The notes under the pieces: model-generated
Told to the model about the DNA's origin: nothing
Seen by the model: the letters and a program-made list of their open reading frames with translations, nothing else
Database searches by the model: none
Made by a program: the position numbers and the translations under genes
In this document: one piece after another, positions 31,251 through 41,477 of the stretch
How positions within the stretch are numbered: position 1 is the first letter of the stretch
How the letters are laid out: each line of letters starts with the position of its first letter
NCBI RefSeq assembly: GCF_046314175.1
Contig: NZ_JBKBXG010000018.1
Coordinates: 852-64,851, forward strand
From: Acidovorax sp.
GTDB lineage: Bacteria > Pseudomonadota > Gammaproteobacteria > Burkholderiales > Burkholderiaceae_C
Direction: 5' to 3'
DNA length: 64,000 bases

Positions 31251-32090
31251 TCATCGATCAGCAGGGCCGTCCGCGCCCATCGCCCAGCGGATGATGGCCG
31301 CCTGCACCGGCAGCAGCAGTTCCTTTTGCTGGTAGCCCACAAAGCCCGGGTACTCCAGCGGGTCCACGGTCAACTCGCGGCCGAGGGTGAAGGGCGGCGT
31401 GGGTAGCAGGGCGGGGCTGCCCATAGCGGCCAGGTGTTCCTCGGTCAGCGGGGCCATGTCGGCCTGCGTCTGTGCGTCGGCCTCGGCACCTGCGGGCCAG
31501 CAGTCGGTGATGACGACGTCCACTGCGCCAGGCAAGGCAGACTGCTCTACAAACGACACATGTGCCAACGCCTCATGAAAACGGCGGTGGCAGACCTGCA
31601 CCAGCTCCAGCCCCAACACCTGCGCCAGTTCGTGCCATGACCGGAAAACATTGGTGCTGGGCCCCCACAGGCACACCCGCGCCTGCGCCAGCGGCTTGAT
31701 CTGCGTATCGACGTAGTAGGCGTCGGTCAGCACCTCGCACGGGTGCCCCGCAGCCGACATGGCGTTGATGACGGGGCGCCTGGAAGCGGCCGCAAACTCT
31801 GAAAGCCGCGCATGGTCGGACTCGCGCACCACGTACAGCGCATAAAACGGGTCGAGGTAACCGGCCAAATCACACGGGCGTTCGCTGGTCTGCAACAGGT
31901 GCGGCAATTCGGTAAAGGCCAAGCCCAGCTGGCGGAACGCCTCGATGAACGTGGTGCGCGTGCGGATGCCCTTGCCCTCAAACGACCATGCCACCGTGCC
32001 TTGCAGCGGGGCCGCTGCGGGTGCATCGGCCAGCGACCAGATATGCCGGATGTCGTCGGCTTGCAGGTCCGTGAGATGGATGAGGTTCAT
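31251..32090 (-). CDS. Divergent aspartate/ornithine carbamoyltransferase-family protein
   Basis: FEGKGIRTRTTF, PVINAMS..GHPCEVLTD, DVVITDCW; start MNLIHLTDL. Confidence 0.8.
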   Translation of the reverse strand: MNLIHLTDLQADDIRHIWSLADAPAAAPLQGTVAWSFEGKGIRTRTTFIEAFRQLGLAFTELPHLLQTSERPCDLAGYLDPFYALYVVRESDHARLSEFAAASRRPVINAMSAAGHPCEVLTDAYYVDTQIKPLAQARVCLWGPSTNVFRSWHELAQVLGLELVQVCHRRFHEALAHVSFVEQSALPGAVDVVITDCWPAGAEADAQTQADMAPLTEEHLAAMGSPALLPTPPFTLGRELTVDPLEYPGFVGYQQKELLLPVQAAIIRWAMGADGPADR

Positions 32091-32191
32091 GCGGGCGGTC
32101 TTTCGATGAAGAGGGGCAGCAGCAAAAAAACCGCTGGACCCTGCAGCGTACTTCAGGTGGTGGCGCGTGGCCGATGCCCCGCGGGCGCCGG

Positions 32192-33427
32192 TCAGTGGGC
32201 TGGCGCGGGCAGGCACCTGAACGCCAGGGCACCCGCAGCCAGCATGCCGGCAATGGTCAGCATCACCGCCACATAAGGGTCGGCACCCTGCGCGGCGGCG
32301 ATGGAGGCCGCCACGCCAGTCACCCACTGCATCAGCGCTACGCCCAGAAACAGCGCCATGGTGAAGACCGCCATGGCCCGCCCTGTGACGGCAGGCGCGT
32401 AGGCCGAGCGCACGTCCGAATACTGCAGCACCATGTAGCCCGACAGCAGGCCCACGGCAATGGAGCCCGCCACGTCCAGCCATTCGGCATGCAGCAGGCC
32501 GATGGCGCCGAAAAGCGCTGCCAGCAGCACGGTAAAGCCGGTGATCCAGCTGCGGCGTTTGCCAGGGCCGGGGTCAATGCGCCCGAACAGTGCGGGTGTG
32601 AACAGCGACACCAGCGACGAGAGCATGGCCACGTTGCCGCTGGCAATCAGCGAATAACCGTGCCGCTCGATGAGCAGCGGCCCCAGCCACAGCCCGCGCA
32701 GCGTGAGGAAGGACGCATACGTCGTCAGCGCCAGCAGCATGATGCCGGCAGTGTGCGGCAGCAAAAACAGCGCGCCAAACCCGCGCACCGCCTGCAGCAC
32801 TGACTCACGCGGGGGCGCATCGTGGGTGGGTTGCTGCACGGGCTCGTGCACCTTCCAGAAGATCAGCAGCCAAGCCAGCACGGCCAGGCCCGCCAGCACT
32901 GCAAACCCCATGCGCCAGGACGACAGTTGCACCAGCCACGCCAGCGGCGTGCCCGTGAACAGCATGCCCAGCCCGCCCACGCCCATGGCCACGCCCGACA
33001 CCATCGCAAACCGGCGGGCCGGAAAGTAGCGCGCAATGAACACCGTGCATACCAAAAACGCGGGCGCGCAGCCCACGCCGATCAGCACCTGCCCCAGCAG
33101 CACCCCGCCATAGCTGGGCGCCAGCGCCGACAGCACCGCACCCGCAATCGCCAGCGGAAACGCCACCAGCAGCGTGCGCCGCACTCCATATAGGTCAATG
33201 CCAATGCCCATGAACAACTGCATGGTGCCGAAGGCAAACGCAAACGCGCCCGCAAACACGCCCAGCGCCTGTGCCGACAGGCCGAACTCTGCCTGCAGCC
33301 CGGTGGCCATGATGGCGGTGATGGTGCGAAAAGCCTGGCTCAGACCAAAGCCGGAGATCAGCGCGAGCAGCATGACCCACGCGGTGCGCGCGGGCAGCGG
33401 GGGGGCGGGGGAGTTTGCGGTGGGCAC
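32192..33427 (-). CDS. MFS transporter
   Basis: About 12 hydrophobic segments; GIGIDLYGVRR motif-A-like; GTG start inferred. Confidence 0.88.
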   Translation of the reverse strand: MPTANSPAPPLPARTAWVMLLALISGFGLSQAFRTITAIMATGLQAEFGLSAQALGVFAGAFAFAFGTMQLFMGIGIDLYGVRRTLLVAFPLAIAGAVLSALAPSYGGVLLGQVLIGVGCAPAFLVCTVFIARYFPARRFAMVSGVAMGVGGLGMLFTGTPLAWLVQLSSWRMGFAVLAGLAVLAWLLIFWKVHEPVQQPTHDAPPRESVLQAVRGFGALFLLPHTAGIMLLALTTYASFLTLRGLWLGPLLIERHGYSLIASGNVAMLSSLVSLFTPALFGRIDPGPGKRRSWITGFTVLLAALFGAIGLLHAEWLDVAGSIAVGLLSGYMVLQYSDVRSAYAPAVTGRAMAVFTMALFLGVALMQWVTGVAASIAAAQGADPYVAVMLTIAGMLAAGALAFRCLPAPAH

Positions 33428-33870
33428 GTAAAGAGTCGATGGGGTTGGGGGGCGGGGGCAATGCGGTGCCCAGGTTGTCGAGCGTAAACCCGTATGGGCG
33501 GGGTGCCTGTCGCCGGGAGCCATCTCCAAACCCGCTGCCTGCCGTCACACCACGGTCACCCATGCTGCGGGTAAACCCCGAATTTTCACCGTCTTTGCCC
33601 GCGTCATGAGGGTGCAACCTGCCGCCCGCAGACTCTGCGCAATACCCGACGCAGGGATCACCCCAATCGACGGCCCCGGTGGCGTGGGGCACTCTTGCAT
33701 CCGTGCTTCGGTTGTTAGCGGTTTTTGGTTTTTTGTGAAGCGCTGAATTCGAGGCTGCATTGGCAAGATTTGTGCTTATGACGTCTTGCAAGGCTCCCTA
33801 CAGTGGGGCCTTGGGCCACAGTTGCAGGTTATGCGGGTGCTGCAAGGCACGCCGCAATCAGGAGTAACGG

Positions 33871-34221
33871 ATGAAGAAGTTGGTACCACTGGGTTCGAGT
33901 TTGCTGGCAGCCCTCCTGACCACTGGATGCGCAAGCGTCCCCGCCGAGAAGGTGGCGTTTGGCGAGCGCAGCAACAACATGCAGTTTGCATGTGGCAACG
34001 GCGACAAGGTGGAGATGCAGTTCTTCCCCGAGCAAGGCATGAGCGTGCTGGTGCGCAATGGCTGGACGGTCGGGCTGCCCGAGCAGGCCACCGACACCGG
34101 TTACGCCTACAGCAACGGCCCCACCACGGTGCGCGGCCAAGGCAACGAGATGACCATCCAGATCGGCTACCTCACCCCCATCTGGTGCCGTGGGCGCCCC
34201 ATGTTGGTGTCGGGCCGCTGA
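33871..34221 (+). CDS. MliC-like lipoprotein (lysozyme-inhibitor fold)
   Basis: Lipobox LTTGC; FAC...TGYAYSNG...RGQG...C pattern; AGGAG RBS. Confidence 0.7.
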   Translation: MKKLVPLGSSLLAALLTTGCASVPAEKVAFGERSNNMQFACGNGDKVEMQFFPEQGMSVLVRNGWTVGLPEQATDTGYAYSNGPTTVRGQGNEMTIQIGYLTPIWCRGRPMLVSGR

Positions 34222-34289
34222 AGGCTGGCATTGCTGGCCCGGTTTGATGCCGGGTGCTCAGACGGTAGCCGCCTGGCGGCAGGCCAAAA

Positions 34290-34355
34290 AAATTCAAAAA
34301 TGATAGCTGCTAGCGCCTGACCATCAAGCGCTAGCAGCTTTTTTTATGTATTTTT
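34290..34355 (+). repeat. Dispersed ~66-bp repeat, copy 8 (extended palindrome)
   Basis: AGCTGCTAGCGC-ctgaccatcaa-GCGCTAGCAGCT, A-run before and T-run after. Confidence 0.85.
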
Positions 34356-34423
34356 TGGGCGTTCCAGCCACTTCACTGCCGCAGAGCGGGGTGCACCCGG
34401 TGCACAGTGGGTTTCATTCCGGA

Positions 34424-34930
34424 TCATTCACTGCCCGCTCCGCACGCAGCAGGCGTTGCCGCGCGGAAGCCCTGTTGCAACGTGACCGGCGCCAGCAGGT
34501 TGGCCCCCGTGGCGTCGCGCATCGTCAGCGCCACCTCGCGGCTGTCGGCCGTGGCTTCGCTGAACTGCAGTCGCATCACGGCAGGCTGGCGTGTGGTCTG
34601 GGGCTGGCCGTTGACCACCTCGGTCGTCTCCAGCGTGCCTTCCAGCACGGCAACGCCTTGTTCGTCCAGACCCCACGGGCCGATGTAGATGAATCGTTGG
34701 CAGGCGGCAATGAATTCCACCCGGTCGCTCTCTAGCTGCAGCGTCACGCCAGGGCAGTCTTGCGCACAGGGCGCGCCCGTCGAAAAGCCTGGGCCTGCAT
34801 AGTTGAAAACGCCGGTGATGGGGCCTGTGCCCGTGCCGCCGGTTCCCGGCCCGCAGGCGGCCAGTGCCAGCAATACCGAAACGGCGCATGCCTGAAGGGC
34901 GCGCCTTGCAAGATCAGGAAGGGTGGTCAT
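34424..34930 (-). CDS. Hypothetical lipoprotein
   Basis: Lipobox LAAC followed by GPGTGGTGTG; overlaps the end of the upstream gene. Confidence 0.75.
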   Translation of the reverse strand: MTTLPDLARRALQACAVSVLLALAACGPGTGGTGTGPITGVFNYAGPGFSTGAPCAQDCPGVTLQLESDRVEFIAACQRFIYIGPWGLDEQGVAVLEGTLETTEVVNGQPQTTRQPAVMRLQFSEATADSREVALTMRDATGANLLAPVTLQQGFRAATPAACGAGSE

Positions 34931-35738
34931 CTTTGTCTGCCGCGTAGAAGTAGCTGCCAAACCGCGCGCGGTGAATGCGCAGGTTGGGGTCGGTGTGTTG
35001 CTGGTCGTGGTCAAAGCGGGCCTGCGCCTCGGTCATCACCGTTTTGAAGGCCTGGCGCCAGGCCTTGGCGGCCACTGCATGCAGGCGCCGGGCCGACTCG
35101 TCGCTGAGCTGGTCCACAAACACCGCCTGCTCCAGGTAGTTGTGCTCGCCCTGCAGGTTGAGGGCGGCGGCAGCGATGTGGTCGTGCAGGTTGTCCTGCA
35201 TCAGCTGCGCCATTTCGGCAAAGCCCTGGCGCGGCACAAAGCCCGTGGCCAGCAGCGTGACGTGGTCGTTGTCCTCCTGCGCCATGCCCAGGCGCACCAG
35301 TTCGTCCAGCACCGCGCGGGGCCGCACGTCGCTGCTGATGCTGGCCACGATGGCGTCGAAGTGGGGTGCGTCTCCGGTGCGGGGCAGGGGGCGCGGCTGG
35401 CCCTCGTCGTCCAGGCAGTCTGGCTGGCTCAGCCAGCGTGCCACCACCTGGCTGGCCATGTTCAGTGGCGTCTCAAACCCGTCGTCCTGCGCCTGGGGTT
35501 CTGCCAGGCGGCCCAGGTTGCGCACATCGCGCCGGTGCACGCCCGACATGAGGCTGACTGCACTGTCCGTGGGTTTCTTGCCGCTGTCACGCAACTCGTC
35601 ATGGGCGGCATCCAGAAACACCTTCTTCATTGCCACCGCAAACGCCGGGTACGCCACGCCATTGCGCAGCAGCAGCCGCGCCAGAGGGCGCAACACGTGC
35701 AGAGCACAGGCCAGGACGATGGCGGAGCGGGAGGACAT
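34914..35738 (-). CDS. DUF6502-like protein with HTH-like N-terminal segment
   Basis: LRPLARLLLRNGV, TDSAVSLMSGVHRRDV, SDVRPRAVLDEL.RLG, DHIAAA..N, LEQAVF (family recognised from memory). Confidence 0.78.
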   Translation of the reverse strand: MSSRSAIVLACALHVLRPLARLLLRNGVAYPAFAVAMKKVFLDAAHDELRDSGKKPTDSAVSLMSGVHRRDVRNLGRLAEPQAQDDGFETPLNMASQVVARWLSQPDCLDDEGQPRPLPRTGDAPHFDAIVASISSDVRPRAVLDELVRLGMAQEDNDHVTLLATGFVPRQGFAEMAQLMQDNLHDHIAAAALNLQGEHNYLEQAVFVDQLSDESARRLHAVAAKAWRQAFKTVMTEAQARFDHDQQHTDPNLRIHRARFGSYFYAADKDDHPS

Positions 35739-35791
35739 GGTCAAAAACTAAGGGAACAGCAGGAACGGGTTGCCATTGTGCTTTGGTTGTC

Positions 35792-35821
35792 GTCTGCAAA
35801 TTTGAGGTCTGCAAATTTGAC
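35792..35821. repeat. 15-bp tandem duplication in divergent promoter region
   Basis: GTCTGCAAATTTGAG / GTCTGCAAATTTGAC. Confidence 0.85.
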
Positions 35822-35834
35822 GTCTTAAAGTTGC

Positions 35835-35851
35835 GTGGGATATTATCCCAC
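35835..35851. promoter_or_regulatory. Perfect palindrome, candidate operator
   Basis: GTGGGATA-T-TATCCCAC between divergent genes. Confidence 0.6.
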
Positions 35852-35946
35852 TCATCTGCGGCAGGTGTGGCCCGTGATGGCGCAACACCGGATTGAAAGA
35901 ACGCATGCGCCCGCCCGCCGCAGATAACTACTTGGAGAAACAAAAA

Positions 35947-38004
35947 ATGACGAACTGGGAATCAAGGTTGGGCGTGCATATGGGCTGGGGCGTGCTGTGC
36001 GCCGCTGCGTTTGTGGCGGGCTGTGGCGGTGGCAGTGGCGATGCAGGTGGGCCACAGGCGCCCAACGAGGCGCGGCTGCAGAGCGCGCGAACGGGCGACC
36101 TGGTGGGCTACTTCAAGACCAAGGTCGCCCAGCGCGTGGCGGCAGGGTTGCCAGGCACGGCCATCACCGTGCCCACGGTGGGTGGGCTGACCACGGCGGG
36201 CTCGGTGGTTGCCAACACCGGCACGCCCCTGGTGGGTCCGGTGGTGGAAGAGGACGGCCTGATCAAGGCCGACGGCAGCATGGTGTATGCGCTGCACCGC
36301 AGCATCACCACCGGGGCCGGTACAGAGCCACCGCGCTTTTCTGCCATGGCGCGGCTGGTGGATGGCAGCCTGCGCAGCGTGGGGCGCGTGACGCTGGATT
36401 CCAAGTTCACTCCCTATGGCTTTTATGTGGCCGGTGGCGGCACGCGCGCTGCGATCCTGTCACAGCAAGACCCGTATGCTGGCAGGCAGCCGGGCATCGC
36501 CTTTGCGGCCGCACCGCCGCTTGCGGGCGACGGCACCGCGGAGACGACCGTGGTGCCTGAGTACAGCCGCACCTTGTCGCTGGACGTGTTCTCCATCGGC
36601 AAGGACGTGGCGCCCGCACAGCTCAAGCAGATGCGCATTGATGGCTTGGTGGTGGGCAGCCGGCTGGTGGGCAACACGCTGTACCTGGTCACCACCTGGT
36701 CGCCCGATCTCACGCGCTTTTCCGTGGCGGCGGGCGCAACGGCACCGGCCGTGGACACGGCCCTCAAAGACCTGAAGACGGCAGACATCCTGCCCACGCT
36801 GCGGGTAGATGGCGGCCAGCCCCAGCCGCTGGTGGCCGAGGCCGACTGCCTGGTGCAAACGGCCAACGCATCGCTGGCGCTGCAGGTCACCACGGTCACT
36901 GCCATCGACCTGTCCTCCACCAGCTTGGCACGCAGCAGCCGGTGCTTTGCGGGCGGCAGTGAAGGCCTGCACATGGGCGTGGCCAGCGTGTATGTGGCCA
37001 GCTCGCGCCAGTACCGCTATGTGGGCGATGTGGCCAACACCGTGTTCCCCACGGGCAGCCGCACCGACATCCACCGCTTTGTGCTGCGAGGCGCGCAGGT
37101 GGACTACAGCGCATCGGGCAGCGTGGATGGGCACCTGGGTTGGGACATCGGGCGGCTGCCCGCCCGCATGAACGAATACCAGGGCGACCTGCGCGTGGTG
37201 AGCTACACCGGCCAGACGGGCCAAAGCGGAACCGCGCCCATCACCATCCAGTCCAAACCCGTGTCCACCGCCGTGTTGTCAGTGCTGCGCGACAACCCGG
37301 GCGACAGCCGCCTCACGCTGCTGTCCAAGCTGCCCATCCGGCAGCGGCTGTCGCCCCTGGGGCAGGGCGGCCAGCAGATCGACACGGTGCACTTTGCGGG
37401 CGCGCGGGCCTACGCCACCACCTTCTTGCAGACCGACCCGGTGTATGCGATGGACCTGGGCAACCCCGCCAACCCGGCGATGGCGGGCGAGTTTGCTGCG
37501 TCGGGTCATAAAGACCATCTGTTTCCCTTGCCCAACGGCTGGCTGCTGGGCATTGGCCAGGACCGCATCAATGGCGGCACGGCAAACGGCATCCCGCTGG
37601 CGCTGTTTGACGTGCGCAACCCTGCCCAGGCACGGCGCGTGGCCACCGACACGCTGGGCCTCGACGGCAGCACCACGACACTGGGTGGAGTGCGCCCGGT
37701 GCTCAACGTGCTGCAACAGGGCTCGCGCGTGTTGATTGCCTTCCCGGCGCGAGCCACGCGGGTGTCCGCCATCGTTGGAACGCCGCCCCCAGTGCGGGGC
37801 GAACAAGGCGCTGCGCGGTGGGAGGTGAACACCAACACGGGCACGCTCAGGCAGCGGTCAATGCTGGGGACCCTCACCTCAGCGGACCCTTTTGTGCCGG
37901 GCTGGAACGGCCAAAACGAGCTGTGGAACGAACGCAGCCTGCAGATCGACAACGCTGTCTATCAGCTGTCGGGCGGGCAGACGTTTTACAAGGTGGGCGA
38001 CTGA
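35947..38004 (+). CDS. Secreted beta-propeller domain lipoprotein
   Basis: Lipobox VAGC-GGG; VEEDGLIKADG, MNEYQGDLRV, AYATTF.QTDPVYAMDL.NP..P, LLGIG, LFDV. Confidence 0.85.
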   Translation: MTNWESRLGVHMGWGVLCAAAFVAGCGGGSGDAGGPQAPNEARLQSARTGDLVGYFKTKVAQRVAAGLPGTAITVPTVGGLTTAGSVVANTGTPLVGPVVEEDGLIKADGSMVYALHRSITTGAGTEPPRFSAMARLVDGSLRSVGRVTLDSKFTPYGFYVAGGGTRAAILSQQDPYAGRQPGIAFAAAPPLAGDGTAETTVVPEYSRTLSLDVFSIGKDVAPAQLKQMRIDGLVVGSRLVGNTLYLVTTWSPDLTRFSVAAGATAPAVDTALKDLKTADILPTLRVDGGQPQPLVAEADCLVQTANASLALQVTTVTAIDLSSTSLARSSRCFAGGSEGLHMGVASVYVASSRQYRYVGDVANTVFPTGSRTDIHRFVLRGAQVDYSASGSVDGHLGWDIGRLPARMNEYQGDLRVVSYTGQTGQSGTAPITIQSKPVSTAVLSVLRDNPGDSRLTLLSKLPIRQRLSPLGQGGQQIDTVHFAGARAYATTFLQTDPVYAMDLGNPANPAMAGEFAASGHKDHLFPLPNGWLLGIGQDRINGGTANGIPLALFDVRNPAQARRVATDTLGLDGSTTTLGGVRPVLNVLQQGSRVLIAFPARATRVSAIVGTPPPVRGEQGAARWEVNTNTGTLRQRSMLGTLTSADPFVPGWNGQNELWNERSLQIDNAVYQLSGGQTFYKVGD

Positions 38005-38020
38005 CCTTGCAATGAGGTAA

Positions 38021-38086
38021 TGATTTAAAAATGATAGCTACTAGCGCTTTATGGATAGGCGCTAGCGGCCATTTTGGTTTGAAATC
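38021..38086 (+). repeat. Dispersed ~66-bp repeat, copy 9
   Basis: aaaaatga-TAGC-tact-AGCGC-tttatggatag-GCGCT-agcggccattttggtttgaaat. Confidence 0.88.
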
Positions 38087-38304
38087 TATGCGCCAGAGCC
38101 TGCGCGCAGCCGCTGCAGCTCGGCTTCAGCCACGTCGATGCGCACGGTGCCCTGCGCCACCAGCACCTGCGCCACGCGGTCGATCTCGTCGCCCACGGCG
38201 CCCGCCATCATCGCGATGTTCTGCGCATGCAGGGCCATGTGGCCCTTCTGGATGCCAGTCGTGGCCAGGGCCTTCATGGCCAGGAGGTTCTGCGCCAGGC
38301 CCAA
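38086..38304 (-). pseudogene. C-terminal remnant of class II (degradative) HMG-CoA reductase
   Basis: [30 protein letters not shown] matches the class II HMGR C-terminal signature; the rest of the gene is missing. Confidence 0.8.
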
Positions 38305-38317
38305 GGCCGGTTGTGGT

Positions 38318-39208
38318 TCAGAGATCGGTGCGCAGCTTCCAGATCTCGGGGAACAGCACCACGTCCAGCATCTTGCGCAGGTAGCTCACGCCGCCCGTGC
38401 CGCCGGTACCGCGTTTGAATCCGATCACGCGCTCCACCGTGGTCACGTGGCGGAATCGCCAGAGGCGGAAGGCGTCCTCGATGTCAGTGAGCTTTTCGCC
38501 GAGCTGGTACAGGTCCCAGTACTTCTGCGGGTCGCGGTAGACCGCCAGCCAGGCCTCTTTGACCGCTTCGCTTTCCATGTACGGCTGCGTCCAGTCGCGC
38601 TCCAGGTGGCTTGCCGGAATGTGCAAGCCTTCCTTGGCCAGCAATTGCAGCGACACGTCGTACAGCGAGGGCGTTTCGTACGCCGACCGCACCTGGGCCA
38701 GCAGGTCGGGGCGGTGCTCATGCGGCTTGAGCATCGCGGCGTTCTTGTTGCCCAGCGAGAACTCGATGGCGCGGTACTGGTAGCTCTGAAAGCCGCTGGA
38801 GCTGGCCAGGTACGGGCGCATGGCCGTGTACTCGGGCGGCGTCATGGTGGCCAGCACGCTCCATGCGCTCACCAACTGCTCCATGATGCGGCTCACGCGG
38901 GCCAGCATCTTGAAGGCCTCGGCGCGGGTGCCCGTATCGGGGTTGGCAATACGGTCGATGGTCGCGCGCAGCTCGTGCAGCATGAGCTTCATCCACAGCT
39001 CGCTGGTCTGGTGCTGCACGATGAACAGCATCTCGTCGTGCGCGGGCGACAGCGGCTTTTGCGCGGTGAGGATGGCGTCGAGCTGCAGGTAGTCGCCGTA
39101 GCTCATGCTTTTGCTGAAGTCGAGCTGGGCGCGCTCTTCGTGCACGATGGATTCGGGCAGGGCCACGGCCTTTTCATCACCCGCGGGAGTTTGGGAAAAG
39201 GGGCACAT
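38318..39208 (-). CDS. kynA: Tryptophan 2,3-dioxygenase
   Basis: [47 protein letters not shown]. Confidence 0.96.
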   Translation of the reverse strand: MCPFSQTPAGDEKAVALPESIVHEERAQLDFSKSMSYGDYLQLDAILTAQKPLSPAHDEMLFIVQHQTSELWMKLMLHELRATIDRIANPDTGTRAEAFKMLARVSRIMEQLVSAWSVLATMTPPEYTAMRPYLASSSGFQSYQYRAIEFSLGNKNAAMLKPHEHRPDLLAQVRSAYETPSLYDVSLQLLAKEGLHIPASHLERDWTQPYMESEAVKEAWLAVYRDPQKYWDLYQLGEKLTDIEDAFRLWRFRHVTTVERVIGFKRGTGGTGGVSYLRKMLDVVLFPEIWKLRTDL

Positions 39209-39210
39209 GA

Positions 39211-40521
39211 TCAGGTCACCGCGTGGGTCTGGTTGAACTCGGGCTTTTGCCAATCGCCGCTTTCCAGCACCTGGCGCAGATGCTCCACCGCGTTCCACAC
39301 GTCTTCAAAGCCGATGTACAGCGGCGTGAAGCCAAAGCGCAGGATGTCCTTGTGCGGACCCTTGCCCCCATCGCCCTTGCGGAAGTCGCCAATCACACCG
39401 CGCGCGATCAGCGCTTGCACGATGGCGTACGCGCCGCTGCCCTGGCCGTTGACGCCAGCACCTTCGTCACGCGTCAAACAGACCTGCGAGCCACGCTGTG
39501 CATGTTCACGCGGTGTGGCCAGACCCAGGCCGTGGCCTGCGCAGCGCTCTTCTACAAGCTTTATGAACAGGTCTGTGAGTGCCAGCGACTTGGTGCGCAG
39601 TGCGGCCATGCCGCCCAGGTTTTCTGCGGCGGTGAACACGTCCAGCCCGCATTGCAAGGCCGACAGGCTGATGATGGGCTGCGTGCCACACAGGTAACGC
39701 GTGATGCCCGGGGCAGGTTGGTAATCCGGCGTAAAGGCAAAAGGTGCCGCATGGCCCCACCAGCCCGAAAGCGGTTGCCAGAACCGGTTGGCGTGGCGCG
39801 GGTGCACCCACACAAAGGCCGGGGCGCCAGGGCCTCCGTTCAAATACTTGTAACCGCAGCCGATGGAGAAGTCGGCGCCTGCGCCGTTCAAGTCCACGGG
39901 TACGGCACCTGCGCTGTGCGCCAAGTCCCATACGCACAAGATGCCCTCGGCGTGCGCCGCAGCGGTGATGGCCGCCATGTCGTGCATGGCACCGGTGCGG
40001 TAGTTCACGTGCGTCAGCATCAGCACCGCCACGTCGCTGGTCAGCGTGGCGGTGATCTCTTCGGGCTCCACCAGCACCAGCTCTAGCCCACGCTCTTTGC
40101 ACAGGCCTTCGGCGATGTAGAGGTCGGTGGGGAAGTTGCTGCGCTCGCTCACGATGCGCTTGCGGGCGGGGCTGTCTTCGCGGGCGATGTTCAGCGCGGC
40201 GCTGAGCACTTTGTAGAGGTTGATGGAGGTGCTGTCGGTGCACACCACTTCATCTTTGCCCGCGCCGATCAACGGTGCCAGCTGGTTGCCCAGGCGCTGG
40301 GGCAGGTCCACCCAGCTTGCGGTGTTCCAGGATTTGATGAGGTCCGTGCCCCATTCGCGCGCCACCACTTCGGCCACACGTGCTGCGGCGGCTTTGGGCA
40401 GCACGCCCAGCGAGTTGCCGTCGAGGTAGATCACGCCCGCAGGCAGGCTGAAGTGCTCGCGCAGCGGTGCGAGGGCGTCTTGCGCATCCAGGGCGCGGCA
40501 GTCTTTGAGGGTTGTCGTCAT
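39211..40521 (-). CDS. kynU: Kynureninase
   Basis: [36 protein letters not shown]. Confidence 0.96.
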   Translation of the reverse strand: MTTTLKDCRALDAQDALAPLREHFSLPAGVIYLDGNSLGVLPKAAAARVAEVVAREWGTDLIKSWNTASWVDLPQRLGNQLAPLIGAGKDEVVCTDSTSINLYKVLSAALNIAREDSPARKRIVSERSNFPTDLYIAEGLCKERGLELVLVEPEEITATLTSDVAVLMLTHVNYRTGAMHDMAAITAAAHAEGILCVWDLAHSAGAVPVDLNGAGADFSIGCGYKYLNGGPGAPAFVWVHPRHANRFWQPLSGWWGHAAPFAFTPDYQPAPGITRYLCGTQPIISLSALQCGLDVFTAAENLGGMAALRTKSLALTDLFIKLVEERCAGHGLGLATPREHAQRGSQVCLTRDEGAGVNGQGSGAYAIVQALIARGVIGDFRKGDGGKGPHKDILRFGFTPLYIGFEDVWNAVEHLRQVLESGDWQKPEFNQTHAVT

Positions 40522-40537
40522 AGCGGTTCAGGTCGGT

Positions 40538-40603
40538 TACTTCTATTTTGATAGCTGCTAGCGCTTATGGGATAAGCGCTAGAGGCCAAAAAGGCTTGAA
40601 ATT
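40538..40603 (+). repeat. Dispersed ~66-bp repeat, copy 10 (between kynB and kynU)
   Basis: ga-TAGC-tgct-AGCGC-ttatgggataa-GCGCT-agaggccaaaaaggcttgaaat. Confidence 0.9.
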
Positions 40604-40610
40604 TGTGGTG

Positions 40611-41237
40611 TCAGAGCGCTCGCAGCACGGCGCGCACGGGTGACGCATCGGCGGTGGTCAGCTTCAGCGGCAGGGCGATCAGCTCGTAGTGACCCTCGGG
40701 CACGTTGTCGAGCACCAGGTTCTCCAGCACGCGCAGGCCCCGGCGGCGGATGACCTGGTGACTGTCGAGTGTTTTGCTGTCGGCCGGGTCGATGCTGGCG
40801 GTGTCGATGCCCACCAGCAGCACGCCCCGGTCGGCCAGCCGCTCGATGGTGTCAGGGGCGTAAGCGGCCAGCTGGCCGTCCCACTGCTCGGGGGCCTGCG
40901 CGTAGGTGCGCACCAGCACGCGCGGGGGCAGGGCGTCATCCACTGCGTGGGCAATGTGGTCCCAGGTGATGAGCGGTCCGCAGCCAATGGCGTGGACCAC
41001 GCGGCAGGGCCCAAGGAACGCGTCGAGCGATACATCACCAATCGTGGCGCCGTTTTCGTCGTAGTGCAGTGGCGCGTCGGCATGGGCGCCCACATGGGGC
41101 GACAGAGTGATGGCGCTGACGTTGACCGGGCAGCCGGGGCCGATGGTGGCGCACCACTGCTGGCTGTAGGGCGTGTCGCCCGGAAACACCGGGCTGCCCG
41201 TGTGGATGGGTGGGGAAATGTCCCAAAGCTTTTGCAT
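40611..41237 (-). CDS. kynB: Kynurenine formamidase (arylformamidase)
   Basis: [41 protein letters not shown]. Confidence 0.95.
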   Translation of the reverse strand: MQKLWDISPPIHTGSPVFPGDTPYSQQWCATIGPGCPVNVSAITLSPHVGAHADAPLHYDENGATIGDVSLDAFLGPCRVVHAIGCGPLITWDHIAHAVDDALPPRVLVRTYAQAPEQWDGQLAAYAPDTIERLADRGVLLVGIDTASIDPADSKTLDSHQVIRRRGLRVLENLVLDNVPEGHYELIALPLKLTTADASPVRAVLRAL

Positions 41238-41477
41238 GGGATGTGAAGGTAATGGCCTGGATTTTTTGCGGTGTCGGTTATTTCCAACAGAGGCTATTTT
41301 TTAAGACCTGGTGGGTCTGCGAGGCTGAACGCTGGGGCTGGCCGCACGCCTTGCCCGTTTTGCGCTGCACCGTGCCGGTGCTGTTGGCGATCTGCGCAGT
41401 AGAGCAGGAAGCAGCCATCCTGCGAGCGCTTGCGCTGGCAAATTGTGAATTCGCACAGGTGCCAGCGAACCCTTAGA

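Noticed and set aside
33590-33740. c-di-GMP or other riboswitch upstream of the MFS gene
   Set aside because: Only short hairpins and a GGGCAAA on the minus strand; the rest of the aptamer consensus is missing
38031-38384. ORF starting MIATSALWIGASGHFGLK as a real gene
   Set aside because: Its start is simply the translation of repeat copy 9 and the remainder is antisense to the HMGR remnant
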